64,000 nucleotides of DNA from the human T2T-CHM13v2.0 reference genome, Homo sapiens. Location of the stretch: the NCBI RefSeq assembly GCF_009914755.1, contig NC_060931.1; one strand, 5' to 3'. A program made the position numbers and the translations under genes. Shown piece after piece: positions 40,641 through 52,401 of this stretch; within the stretch, counting starts at the first letter, position 1; every line of letters begins with the position of its first letter. The notes below the pieces were generated by a model that worked only from the letters and a program-made list of their open reading frames with translations, was not told the origin of the DNA and ran no database searches.

Positions 40641-41525
40641 TGCACCCCCTCTGCCACTGCTATCTGCTGCCTTCACTCCCCAGGGACTCAGACACCTGAC
40701 ACACAGTCTGTCTCCATATCCCAAACCTGTCATTGGGCTGAGGACTTCGTCCCACTCAAGCATGACTCATCCAAGGCCTCGCCTCTGGGTTCCCTGACCT
40801 CCTTGGCCCTGGTGACTCACTCCACACCACTCCAGCCACCCAATCCCAGGCTCATCGTGGGGACTGCCACCCTCTGCAGTGGCTCTCCCCTGACGCCATG
40901 TGCCCACACAGCCTCCTCCTGCCCAGGCTCTCGCCTTCAGATCACCCATCCAGTAATGAATCTGTGGGAGCTTGGGTTGCATTAATCAATGAATATTGCT
41001 ACCCTTGTAGGGCCAATACCCAGTGTTCACATAGGGCAAGCCTCTACACACTGACCCTTCCCTCTGTGGGGCCCTCTTCCTCCCGGCATACTCCTTTCAC
41101 CTCCATTTCACCTGACCCAGGTTCCATGACGCCACCAGCCGCCTGCCGCTAACCTGCCCTCCACTGCTCCATTGCCCCTCCTTGGCACCACCAGGAAAAA
41201 ACCAATTCTAGAGGCCCCTCGAATGCTCTGCCATTGCTACCCAGCCTGGAGTGTCGTAGAGAAGAACTCCCACGCCACCCTGCAGATTGGGCCCTGTGAA
41301 GTCGCCATCACAAACCTCCACCAGGCACTCCACACCAAAGGGTTTACACTCCCAGTTTCCAATCGCTCCTGTCTCCCTCTTAACTCAGGAGCTCTCCTCC
41401 TTCTTCAGAAATGACAGAAACTTCCTGAGGGGAAGGCGACCCCACCACACCGCCCCCATCTCTCCCACCTACTTCCTCAGTAGAGGGTGTGCCTGCCCAG
41501 GAATCCCCACTAGGATTGGTCCTAG

Positions 41526-41910
<385 letters not shown>

Positions 41911-41985
41911 CTTCTTCTTCAATCTTTCTACTGGGTCCATCAGCGTTTATATTTGTTCACGTCTCTCATTTTTTAAAACAAAACA

Positions 41986-42280
41986 GGCTGGGCGCCGTGG
42001 CTCATGCCTGTAATCCCAACACTTTGGGCGGGCAGATCACCTGAGGTCAGGGGTTCAAGACCAGCCTGGCCAACATGGTGAAACCCTGTCTCTACAAAAA
42101 TACAAAACTTAACCGGGTGTGGTGGCAGGTGCCTGTAATCCTGAGTGGGAGGCTAAGGAGGGAGAATCCCTTGAACCAGGGAGGTGGAGGTTGCATGAGC
42201 TGAGATCGAGCCACTGCACTCCAGCCTGGCTGACAGAGCAAGACTCTGTCTCAAAATAAACAAACAAACAGACAGACAAA
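41986..42280 (+). mobile_element. Alu (AluS, small internal deletions)
   Basis: Sense dimeric Alu. Confidence 0.93.
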
Positions 42281-42943
42281 CTAAACTCTTTCCCCATCAC
42301 TCTCTCCTCCAGCTTCCATCATCTCTCCCCTCCTTCTCACAGCCAGACCCCTTCCAGAGGGATCTTCACTGGCAGCCTCATTTTCCTTGTCTCCTTATCT
42401 CATGGAAGCGCAGCTTCCCCCGTGACTCAGGCCACTCACACCGAGCTTCCTGCTGACCACATCACAGGACCCCCAGACATGATTGGTCTCTGTCTTGCAT
42501 GCCATGGCTGCCACTTTCTCCTTTCCAGAACATCCCCCCCCCGGATTTCTTGGTCGCACACTTTCTTCCTATCTTACTGGACCTTCTGCCACTGCCCCTG
42601 GCAGCCCCTTTCCTCTGCTCCAGCCTCAGGGCTGTACGAGGCACACTGACTTCTCATCCTACACAGTCTGCCTTGGCCCACCCTCCACTCCAATGCAGAG
42701 TCACCATCTGCAGTGGTCTCTGCGATGGATTCACCAACAGCTCTTCACATTGGAGGGTCATCTCTCTGCCAATCATAACTGTTCTACTCCCCTTTCCAGT
42801 GATCAATATAGGCATGGACAGTCTGACCAACTTGACTTGCAGAAGCAGCTCTGGGGTCTTCTTACCACTTGGGGCTCTGAGGATGAGTCCACTGTTGGCT
42901 GTGGAATCTGGTTGTCCCATCAGCCGCAGCGTGGGGCTGAGTA

Positions 42944-43267
42944 TAGTCATGTGTCGCGTAACAACGAGCATGTATTCTGAGAAATGCATTGTTAGGAGAT
43001 TTTTCATGCAGACACCATTGAGTGCATTTACATAAATTGAGACAGTAGAGCCCACTACACACCTAGGCTGGAGGGCATTCCTCGTACACCTGTGCAGCAT
43101 GTGACTGTACTGCATACTGTGGGCAAGTGGAACCCAATGGCGAGGATGTGTGCATCTACACATATCTAAACGTAGAAGAGGTGCAGTAAACATATGGCAT
43201 TACATGGGCCCACCATCGTATATGCAGCCTATCACTGATGGAAATGTCATCGTGCAGTGTATGACTG
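42944..43267 (+). mobile_element. Tigger3a/MER7A-like MITE
   Basis: (c/t)AGTCATG...ATGACTG termini flanked by TA. Confidence 0.85.
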
Positions 43268-43614
43268 TATTAGAATCAGGAAAACTGAAAGAGTTAATGA
43301 AGGAGGGGTAAACTGGGGCCAGTAAGAGACGGAAGATAGAGAGCTACCAGATGCATTTCTTTTCTTTCTTTTCCCCCAAAGGACTGTTCTTGCAAGGCAT
43401 GGTGGGTCTCCACAGCCTGTACAGAAGGTACCCTGTGTGACTAGCAACCACATGTCACGCAACAGCCATGGTCGGCTCAGTGAGGTGACCCTCACCATAG
43501 CTTCTCCTTCACTGCTTCACTCACCTCTTTCCCTCACTCTTGGGGGATTGTGCTTTCATGGCAAGTAAGCTAAGGCACTTCCCTTCATAGACAAACACTA
43601 TTCTGCTTTTGAAA

Positions 43615-44350
43615 ACGATGACATACCACTTCACATCCACTGAGATGGCTAGAATCAAAAACTCAAGGAATAACAAGTGTTGGCAAAGATGTGGAGAAAT
43701 CAGAACCCTCATACCCTGCTGATGGAGGTTTAAAATCATGCAGCTGCTTTGGAAAAAGTCCAGCAGTTCCTCAAATGATTAAACATAGTTACCATGTGAC
43801 CCAGCAAGTGCACTCCTAGTAACTCCACCCAAGAGAAATGAAGAGCTACACCCACATGGATGAGCTTGTGCACATTTATAGCAACATCATTCGTAATAGC
43901 CGAAAAGTGAGAACAACCCAAACGTCCACTAGCTGGTGAACGGATAATCAAAATGTGGCCTCTCCATACAATGGAACATTATTCAGCCATAAAAAGGGAT
44001 GAAGTGCTGACATATGCTATGACATGGATGAACCTTGAAAACATTATGTCAACAAAGCCAGTCACAAAACATCACATATTATACGATTCCATTCATACGA
44101 ATGTCCAGAACAGGAAATCCATAGAGACAGGAAGTAGATCAGTGGTTGCCGTGGGCTGGGGGTGGAAGTCGGGATAAGGAGGCAATAACTAAAGCATATG
44201 AAGGTCTTTTCTGGGGTGATGAAAATGTTCTAAAATGGACTGTGATGATAGTTGTACAACTCTGTGAATACACAAAAAAACACTGAATTCACCGTTTAAA
44301 TGGGTGAATTGCACAATGCATGAATTCGCCCTCACTAAAGCTATTAAAAA
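43615..44350 (+). mobile_element. L1MB-like 3' end
   Basis: ataccacttcacatccac...aacaagtgttggcaaagatgtggagaaat...atggatgaaccttgaaaacattatg. Confidence 0.85.
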
Positions 44351-45357
44351 ATGGCGTAGTCTGTATTGATTGCCTTTAAAAGACGTTCATGATCACTTAA
44401 TAACTGGTTCCACTAATGTGAAGTTGATCCTATTTGTGTTTTTTTAAACACATTTATGGATAGAAAAAATATTTGGAAATACATACCTCAAAATGTTAAC
44501 AATGGTCATCTCTAGTTGGTAGGATTATAGACGATTTCTTTAAAATATATTTTTCCACGATGTTTTACAATGAGCATGTGATGCTTTTATATGAAAAAAT
44601 ATATATTTGGTAATCTACTTTATCTTAAGAATATTTCTTACAAATGGTTATTAATGTTATAATAAAAAGAACAGTAAGAACAGACTAAAGGCAAGATTGC
44701 TCACTACGTGACACCTCCCAGTCTTTAGGCCTTTATGAGTGCATGATTCTTCCGTATCCGAAAGAGCTACAGCCGTCCTGTGCTCCCTTCCGCCAGCCTG
44801 TTCAGTACAGAGGCCACCAGTCTGAGGGTTACTTAGTGATCTGGGAAGGCACGGCGAGGTGTTTAACTCAACAATAGTCAACTCCCCTAGAGTAAGGCCA
44901 CATCTGTGATGATTTCTGTATTGTGGGGCAATTAAGAACTAAACGGTGCCATCATGAGCAGATTTCCCTAAATGCTGAACTCAGAGTGGCTGACAGGGGC
45001 TGAAGAGAATGAACCCCATTATCTTCAACACACGGCCCACGATTAGCAGGGAAACAAAATCAACAACAGCTTTGCTTGAGGATAAGCAAATTTCAACCCC
45101 TGAAAATCTTGGAATGTGGTTACTGATATGGAGGCTCGGTCTTCAAAGGGGGTATTCAAGGGGGTAAACTCAAACTCTCCCACTGTCTTTACCCCAGGCT
45201 GCATTTCTTCATGGGGCCAGACTCCACAGGCACCTGGGCAAACACACATTGGGAACGCAGTGACAATCTCTACCTACGACTCAGAGGCCACGCTGGAGGC
45301 CCTCAGCAGGAACCCCACGGGCAACCTTCCCACATTCCCACGGGACATCTTGGTCGG

Positions 45358-45823
45358 TGTAAGTGCAACAGCCACAGAGCCACAGGGTGCCTCTATGACT
45401 CCAGGATCTTCCATGGTTCATAATGTCCCAGTACAGATGAGAGGAGGGACAGAGTCAGAGAGGCTGGGTTGTATGAACACTGGTTTATTAGGTAGATAGG
45501 AAAAGAAGAATGAAGTCAATAGTCTTTAGCAAGCCAACTAGCTCAAGGAATAGACAGCCCCTTTCCATTCTGGAGACAACACAGAAATCTATTAATATTA
45601 AATATTGTCATGAGGTATGCACCTGCCCACAGGGGTATTATGATGGAAATACTGGGGTAGTCTGCAGGGCCAGGTACAAATGACGGGAAACAAAGCCAGA
45701 GAAACTGAAATACCTCTTGGACCCCAGAAGACAGATGTACTGATTTCTGGGATGTCAGGAGCCCAGTGCAGAGCAGCTGGATAGGTCGCTAAGAGCTTTC
45801 CCTTCTGCTTATCGGGTCTCACA
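45358..45823 (-). mobile_element. Possible ERV LTR, family unassigned
   Basis: TG...CA termini and a minus-strand AATAAA near 45485; size typical of an LTR. Confidence 0.3.
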
Positions 45824-47219
45824 CACCTGGATAAACCAGTTATTGAAAGCTGACCTGCTAATGAGAAGCTTCTGGCACTTGCTGGTGTTTCCTAATTGAA
45901 TGGGTGACTGCCCCGCATCTCAGGGCCGGGGCTCCCGTGCGGACGCCTCTCCATGAGGTTAGCAGCTTGATTTAGATCAGCGTGCGGGACGGGGAGCTCA
46001 CAGTGGGGTCGAGGAGACACAGCACAGGCTTCTGAAAGGTGCCCTGTCCATTAGGGAGCACCCCATTTACAGATGGGTCATCCTTCAGCTCACTAGTTTC
46101 CCAGCGCATGACAGTGGGTAGCTTTTTTTTTTCCTATTATAAACAAATCTTCGATGTGACTGCGATGATCTACGGATGATCTACGTATCTGGTTGTGTGA
46201 TCCTCAAGCACTTATGCAAGGTGGAGTGTAAACAATGGCCAAGACCCAAACTGCAATGTTCCCTGAAGTCCAACCTGCTTGGAGTCCTTGGGAACGTGTA
46301 CAATGGTTAACAGGCTTGAGAGGAGTCAGCTGGGAGAGTGAGAGCGAGACTCTGCCCTGCAGAGGGGCCGCTGAGGATGGACCCCTGTAGGCCGTCCACA
46401 CCCACCACGCGTGTCATCCTCAGGAAATGCAACCGGATGCTCGGAATTTCGCCCCTAAAGCGACTCAGGGCAGTCTCAGCTCAGGAAGACTTCTTTTTTT
46501 GACCTTCTGGCTTAAAGCCACAACCCCAGGCTGAGGATGCCACATCAACGGCGTTTCCTCGCCACGCTGCAGGCGTGACTCACGTTTCTAAGCCTGCAGG
46601 GTCCCCGGGCCAAGCGCGGCTACTGAGAGCACAGCGTCCTCCCTCAGCCCCTGCTCATCTGCACGGAGCAAAGCCGCAGCTTTCTCTGCTGTCAGCGCTT
46701 TATACGACTCGGATGTAGGCTCTGAGCGGGCACGGGCCCGCCCTCAGACGGCGACCCGAGGGGCAAACAGGATGGAGGCGCGCTCCCTTGGAGGCTGTGG
46801 TCTCGATTTTATCTGCTCCTGGGTGGTGCGGGTGGTTTGCTCTCTAGGCGTGAGCAAAGGCCACAAGGGGCCCGAAAAAATCACCCAAGGATGCAAGCCC
46901 GCCATTGCGCTGAGCAGGGGCCTCCCCGCCGCCAGAGCCCGCGCCCCTCCAGGGAGGCCCGCGCGATCGAGACCCGCCGCCTCCCGGCCAGGCGCGGGAC
47001 ACCAGGCGAGGGGAGCCAGGAGCCGGGAGGGGCGGCGCCGGGCCCGCAACCCCACCCTGTCCTGCCTCCGCCTCCTCCCGGCAGGACCGTCCCCTCCCAG
47101 GCCCCAGCTCCGCGGCCGCCCACTCGCAGCCGGCCAGTCCCGCTCGGGCCCGCGTGCCCCGCAGCCGCCACGCGCCCCGCAGTCCGTGCCGAGGCTCCCG
47201 CCCGAGTGCGCGCGGGCCG

Positions 47220-47410
47220 GCGGTGGCGTGTGCGCACGTCATATGGGCCGCCGGTCTCCCATTGGTTGCGGCCGCCTCACCAGACCGCGTGCGGACGGGC
47301 TCGCGGGCGGGGCGGGGCAAGCTCAGGCCACGCCCCTGGGCGGTGCGCGCGGGCGGTGGGTAGGCCGGGCAGGCTCACGTGATGCGGGCCCCGCGGCCCG
47401 CCATATAAAC
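47220..47410 (+). promoter_or_regulatory. INSIG1: INSIG1 proximal promoter: SRE-like sites, inverted CCAAT, GC boxes, E-box, TATA
   Basis: GTGGCGTGTG 47223-47232; ATTGG 47261-47265; CTCACCAGAC 47276-47285; GGGCGGGGCGGGG about 47305-47317; TCACGTGAT 47375-47383; TATAAA 47404-47409. Confidence 0.8.
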
Positions 47411-47431
47411 CCGCGCGCCCGCCAGGCGCTG

Positions 47432-47512
47432 CGGCCGTCCCGGGCCGTGACTCCTCCTTTCCCCCGCCCCGCCTCCGTTCGGAGAGCCGGCGGGCGGGCG
47501 CCTCTCGGCCAG
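47432..47512 (+). other. INSIG1: INSIG1 exon 1 (non-coding; TSS approximate)
   Basis: Starts about 28 nt after the TATA box; donor CAG|GTACGC at 47512/47513; acceptor ccttcttccag| at 47811. Confidence 0.8.
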
Positions 47513-47838
47513 GTACGCGGCCGGCTGGGATAGGGGTCGCGGGCGGGCTTTGGTCGCGCAGCAGCCGGTCCTCCCCGGAGGTAGGCGGGCGCGGGCCCTG
47601 TTGGGTCTTTGGGACGCGGGTCCCGCTGGGGCCGGGGATGCTGCTCGCTGTGAGCGCGGGTCCCGTCCGCCGCTGGCCCCGGGCGGGCGCACGGGGGTCT
47701 AACCTTGGGGGGCGGCGCTGCCGCCTGGCCCGGGTGCCGGGGTTCGCGTCCCGCGGGGCCTTCCTCGCTCTTTGTCTCTTCTGAGTGAACTTGATGACCC
47801 CCTTCTTCCAGGAAGCGCCTCTTGGACGCGTGTGACCG

Positions 47839-48250
47839 ATGCCCAGATTGCACGACCACTTCTGGAGCTGCTCCTGTGCGCACAGCGCGAGGCGCCGAGG
47901 CCCCCCGCGAGCCAGCGCCGCGGGGCTGGCGGCCAAGGTTGGGGAGATGATCAACGTTTCCGTGTCCGGGCCCTCCCTGCTGGCGGCCCACGGTGCCCCG
48001 GACGCTGACCCCGCGCCCAGGGGCCGCAGTGCTGCGATGAGCGGCCCCGAGCCCGGCAGCCCCTACCCCAACACCTGGCATCATCGCCTGTTGCAGAGGA
48101 GCCTCGTGCTCTTCTCGGTTGGGGTGGTCCTAGCCCTGGTGCTCAACCTGCTGCAGATCCAGAGGAATGTCACTCTCTTCCCCGAGGAGGTGATCGCCAC
48201 CATCTTTTCCTCCGCCTGGTGGGTCCCTCCCTGCTGCGGGACAGCAGCTG
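47839..48250 (+). CDS. INSIG1: Insulin-induced gene 1 protein, exon 2 coding part (codons 1-138)
   Basis: [16 protein letters not shown]...[11 protein letters not shown] is the INSIG1 N-terminus; donor G|GTGAGT. Confidence 0.98.
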
Positions 48251-51118
48251 GTGAGTACCCCTCCTGGTTCTTCTGGAAGTAAAAAGGGTGTCTTTTCGGT
48301 TGAAAGTACTTTTCAGCCTATAAGAAACATGCATTTGAAACTGGAACTATCCACAGATTGAAAGTGTGCATCTCCAGTCTTGGGATTTAGAGAAATGAAG
48401 GAGGGGTAGAGAGGACCTGGCACCCCCGAGGGCGGGTTCGGGCCACAGCTCTCTGAAGTTTGAGGAAGCACAGTGATGGAGATGAGGCAGGGAGATAATT
48501 GGCTGTTCAAGCAGGTGCTGTGCCAAGCTGACTGAGGGCCCTTCCCTCCTGGCGTCCGGGTACAGCCCCAGCTGTCATCCCGCGCCAGCCGCCCCGGATT
48601 GGCCGCCTGGGGAACTGGTGAGCAGCGGGACTGAAAGGCCATTGGTCGCGGCAGCAAACATGCTACCCTGCTGGATAACTGAAAACAAACCCGTCACATG
48701 GGTTCAGGAGGCGGTTGCCAGGGGAGCAACTTCTCAGCACTTCCTTTTGCCGGGTCGCTGAGTAAACTGTGGTCTGAAGCCAAACCGCCTACACCCTGAA
48801 CTGTTAGAGCTCTGTAGATTACGTTCTTAAGGAAAAGAGTAACCCCCTTACGGCGTTTAGATTTTCGTACACCCAAGCAGTAGCATAGATGCTGTACAAC
48901 GTAACACTGAGTCAGTCTGAACTGTGGACACGGGGACTGCTGGGTGTGTGTACTAGACTTTCTTGGCTATCATTGAACCGCTTTTATAGAAATGTTGAGT
49001 TGATCTTGGCTCAGCAGATCACTTACTGCTCCTGTAGTCACACAGCATTTGTTTATTTAACGAGCTTGTCGGGTGCTTTCTGCAACCTCAACTCTATAAG
49101 CTGTTGAAATGTTAATCCAAAAGTGAGCACCACAAGCCCCTATCCTTAAGCAGCTTAGAGTCTGGTGGGGAAAACAAACCAGTATGTCAGTGACTCCAGT
49201 GCAGTGCAGGGAGCATCCTGTTTGCTTTGTGGCTGACGTTTGTCAGCTGACTGCTGACCATAGGCTTCAGATGCTTTGCTGTGTTCATTCCTTACAGCAA
49301 TACCATGTGTAGCTTCATTTATAGATGTGGCAACTGAATCACAGGTGAAGTCACATCCAAGGGTGCGCAGGTAGAAAGGGGCCAAGCCATCGTTGGTAAC
49401 TGCTCCTGCTGCCTTGGTAGGCGTGTCTCCTGCACTGTGGAAACACATTGCCTCAGTTGACTCACTGAAAACAGCAAGCAGCAGAGAGGTTTGTAGCAGA
49501 TTAACAGAGGGCTCCGTGTTGAAGAACTAGGACAGGTGTCTGTAATTATTAAGTAGTGGGTAGAATGTTTTCATATTTGTTCTCGGAGGGACGGGATCCT
49601 CTTTCGTTTTTCGAAACACTTTATGTGGCTGTACTAATTGAACATTTTTTGAGAACTATATCTAGATTTAAAATTCCATGTTTCATATACATTTGGCAGA
49701 ATAGTTTCTTTCCTTTAACCAAAAACTTGATCTTAGAAATGAAATAGTTTAGCCTTCAGTATTTGTAATTGGATCCTCAAGGGTTTCTAGGAATATCTGG
49801 ACAATTTCTCATACTCTCATATTCTACTTTTTTTTAAACCATCAGCCAAGAGCATAAGTAAAATTTTTCATAGTATGTTTTTTACCTATTTATTTATTAA
49901 GCTATAGTGAAGTAAAGTTAATTTGGGGGGTCCATTTTTCAGAACTCCAAAATTAGAACCTGATGAAGTATAATAAATTGAAAACAACATTTTTTATCTG
50001 AATGTTTGATGCAAACTGTGTTTCTTGTTTCTCAGTTGAACCTAAAAGGTATATTTCTTTCATACTAGACTGAGGTGAAACAATTGCAGGGTTCTCAAGA
50101 GCCCTGGGACACAGTGACCCTTGTGTCCCAGCATCCAACCCCACGGGCCGGCACCCCACTCCCCCCTACAGACATTCATTCCTGCCTTCATCTTTGCCAT
50201 TTTACTTCTCTTTTGGAATGCCATTCCTTCCCACCTGTCCAAATTCCAAGTTCGTGTCTATAAAGAATAACTATTCCAGACCACAGTGATCTCTTTCTCT
50301 GTGTCCCAGTTACATAATCCTTATAATTTTACACATGAGAAAACAAACATGCAGAGCCACGTCCCATCAGAGGGCAAGCTGGGATTTGAGGCTGAGTTTT
50401 CTCTTCTTGGTCTGGTGTTCTTTCCGCAGCTTGAGGCTTGACCATGCGGGAACCAGATGGAGAATAAGCGAAGCCTGTGTGGGGCTGTCTCGCCCCGTAC
50501 TTGCCCATGTGCATGTGTGCACAGTAGGTGCTCAGTGCCTCGTACAGAACATGCTAGAACTCCCGAAAATCAACTCCAGGGCCACTCTAGGAGCATGTGA
50601 CCCAGACTGTCAAAGTCACATCAGCAAATATGTATCTCATCACGTGCCCAGCCCCAGTACTGGGTGGTGGCAGGAGTGTCAGAGCTGTGATGTGACAGGG
50701 TGTGGACAGATGCTAACCTTTTTATTGTAAGATAGAAATCACACCGGATGAAAAGACAAGGTGAACTACATAGTCATTTAAGTTCTGTGTGCTTTAGGCA
50801 AATGTGGATATTAAATATAAGGTTACATATTGCTCATATTAATATGAATAATCCCTGCTTGATTCCTTCCTGTGTTTACTGAGATATGTTCAACTACACT
50901 AAATAATAGTGATTTTTAAAAAACTTTTCTAAACAGTACAATTTTGTGGGAGTGGTACTCAAAGAGAACAAGAATATAAAATCACTCTGAAGTTATAGCT
51001 GATAATTTTTTCTAGGAAAAGGACTGGTTTGAGTAATGTACTGTGTTACTAATGACCACGTTGAAATTCTGGAACTTGAATCTGCTGTATTCTAACATTG
51101 TCAACTTTTTTAAAACAG

Positions 51119-51243
51119 CTGTTGTTGGCCTACTGTACCCCTGTATCGACAGTCACCTCGGAGAACCCCACAAATTTAAGAGAGAATGGGCCAGTGTCAT
51201 GCGCTGCATAGCAGTTTTTGTTGGCATTAACCACGCCAGTGCT
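51119..51243 (+). CDS. INSIG1: INSIG1 exon 3 (codons 138-179; includes K156/K158)
   Basis: acag|CT; [42 protein letters not shown]; followed by GTATCCTT. Confidence 0.97.
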
Positions 51244-51805
51244 GTATCCTTAATTTTCTGTGCTACGTCCAGAGTATCTTCTTAGGTTATATATTGAAGC
51301 GTTTTGTTTTGTTATATACTCAAATGACTCCATGTCATAATACAGACATGATGGTGGTACCTACCCATTTCAGATTACTAAAAAGAGAAAGAAGAATGGG
51401 GCTATCGATGACTTCATAGTAAAATATATTGTTTTATGGTCAAAATAAATATATATTTATTTATATTTTTATATATATTATATATATTTTTAAATATATA
51501 TATAATATATATAATAAATATATATTTATATAAATATATATAAGCACTTTATATATAGCTTTCAGCAAGTTTATTCTTATGGTTAAGTTTTTGACTCAGT
51601 GATGGCAGGGAGATTTCAGGTGATCTTAATGATTACTGTAACCTGTATCCAACAAATCCTTTCTTTAGCTCATTACACAGTTTTTATGGACAGTGAATTA
51701 TCTGTGGTACAATAATAAAATACCCATGTTTTTAACCCTTGTGGTTTTACGTTTTTTTATCTTAATAAGAGTCAGCAAACTTTTCCTTAACTTTTATATC
51801 ACCAG
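51244..51805 (+). other. INSIG1: U12-type (minor spliceosome) GT-AG intron 3
   Basis: 5'ss GTATCCTT; branch site TTCCTTAAC 51783-51791, 14 nt before the intron end; no long polypyrimidine tract. Confidence 0.92.
51445..51560. repeat. (TA)n-rich tract within intron 3
   Basis: Direct inspection. Confidence 0.9.
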
Positions 51806-51972
51806 AAATTGGATTTTGCCAATAATGTCCAGCTGTCCTTGACTTTAGCAGCCCTATCTTTGGGCCTTTGGTGGACATTTGATCGTTCCAGAAGTGGCCT
51901 TGGGCTGGGGATCACCATAGCTTTTCTAGCTACGCTGATCACGCAGTTTCTCGTGTATAATGGTGTCTATCA
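51806..51972 (+). CDS. INSIG1: INSIG1 exon 4 (codons 180-235; includes D205 and S207)
   Basis: [31 protein letters not shown]...NGVY; CA|GTAAGT. Confidence 0.97.
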
Positions 51973-52301
51973 GTAAGTGTGTGTTTTCAAATATTGGCTT
52001 TGGAAAGCTTACTTAACTTTCATTAAAACATCCACTAAGCTTAGATATTTTCATATTTTATTTGTTTTTTATATAGAATGATACAGATTTAGGCATGAAA
52101 TTCTCAAAAATGCTGCTATCCATAACTTAATGTAACGCAAAGGAAAACCAAGTAGTAGCAGTTACAACCAAACAAATATGAACATTCGTAACATTGGATG
52201 GTTGATATGCGTTCTGCATATCCCCACTACAGAGAATCTGTGATGTAGAATTGAGCCAGGTGAAATTGACTGCTAAGGTACAGTTTCTTTTCTCGCTCCA
52301 G

Positions 52302-52401
52302 GTATACATCCCCAGATTTCCTCTATATTCGTTCTTGGCTCCCTTGTATATTTTTCTCAGGAGGCGTCACGGTGGGGAACATAGGACGACAGTTAGCTAT
52401 G
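52302..52401 (+). CDS. INSIG1: INSIG1 exon 5 (codons 235-268)
   Basis: ctccag|G; [33 protein letters not shown]; ATG|GTAAGT. Confidence 0.97.

Larger units (their letters stand above)
46540..48250. promoter_or_regulatory. INSIG1: CpG island over the INSIG1 promoter and exons 1-2
   Basis: Very high GC and CpG density. Confidence 0.93.

Noticed and set aside
46165-46186. 11-bp tandem duplication gatgatctacg x2
   Set aside because: Ordinary microduplication with no sign of function
45000-47200. Divergent lncRNA from the INSIG1 CpG island
   Set aside because: Plausible, and I recall one being annotated, but exons cannot be defined from sequence alone
47578-47586. Possible alternative exon 1 donor GAG|GTAGGC
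   Set aside because: Would only lengthen the 5' UTR by 68 nt with no upstream ATG; usage cannot be shown here
46744-48084. Long overlapping ORFs (up to 253 aa) on both strands of the CpG island
   Set aside because: Stop-codon scarcity in GC-rich DNA; low-complexity Arg/Pro/Gly/Ala translations with no recognisable homology
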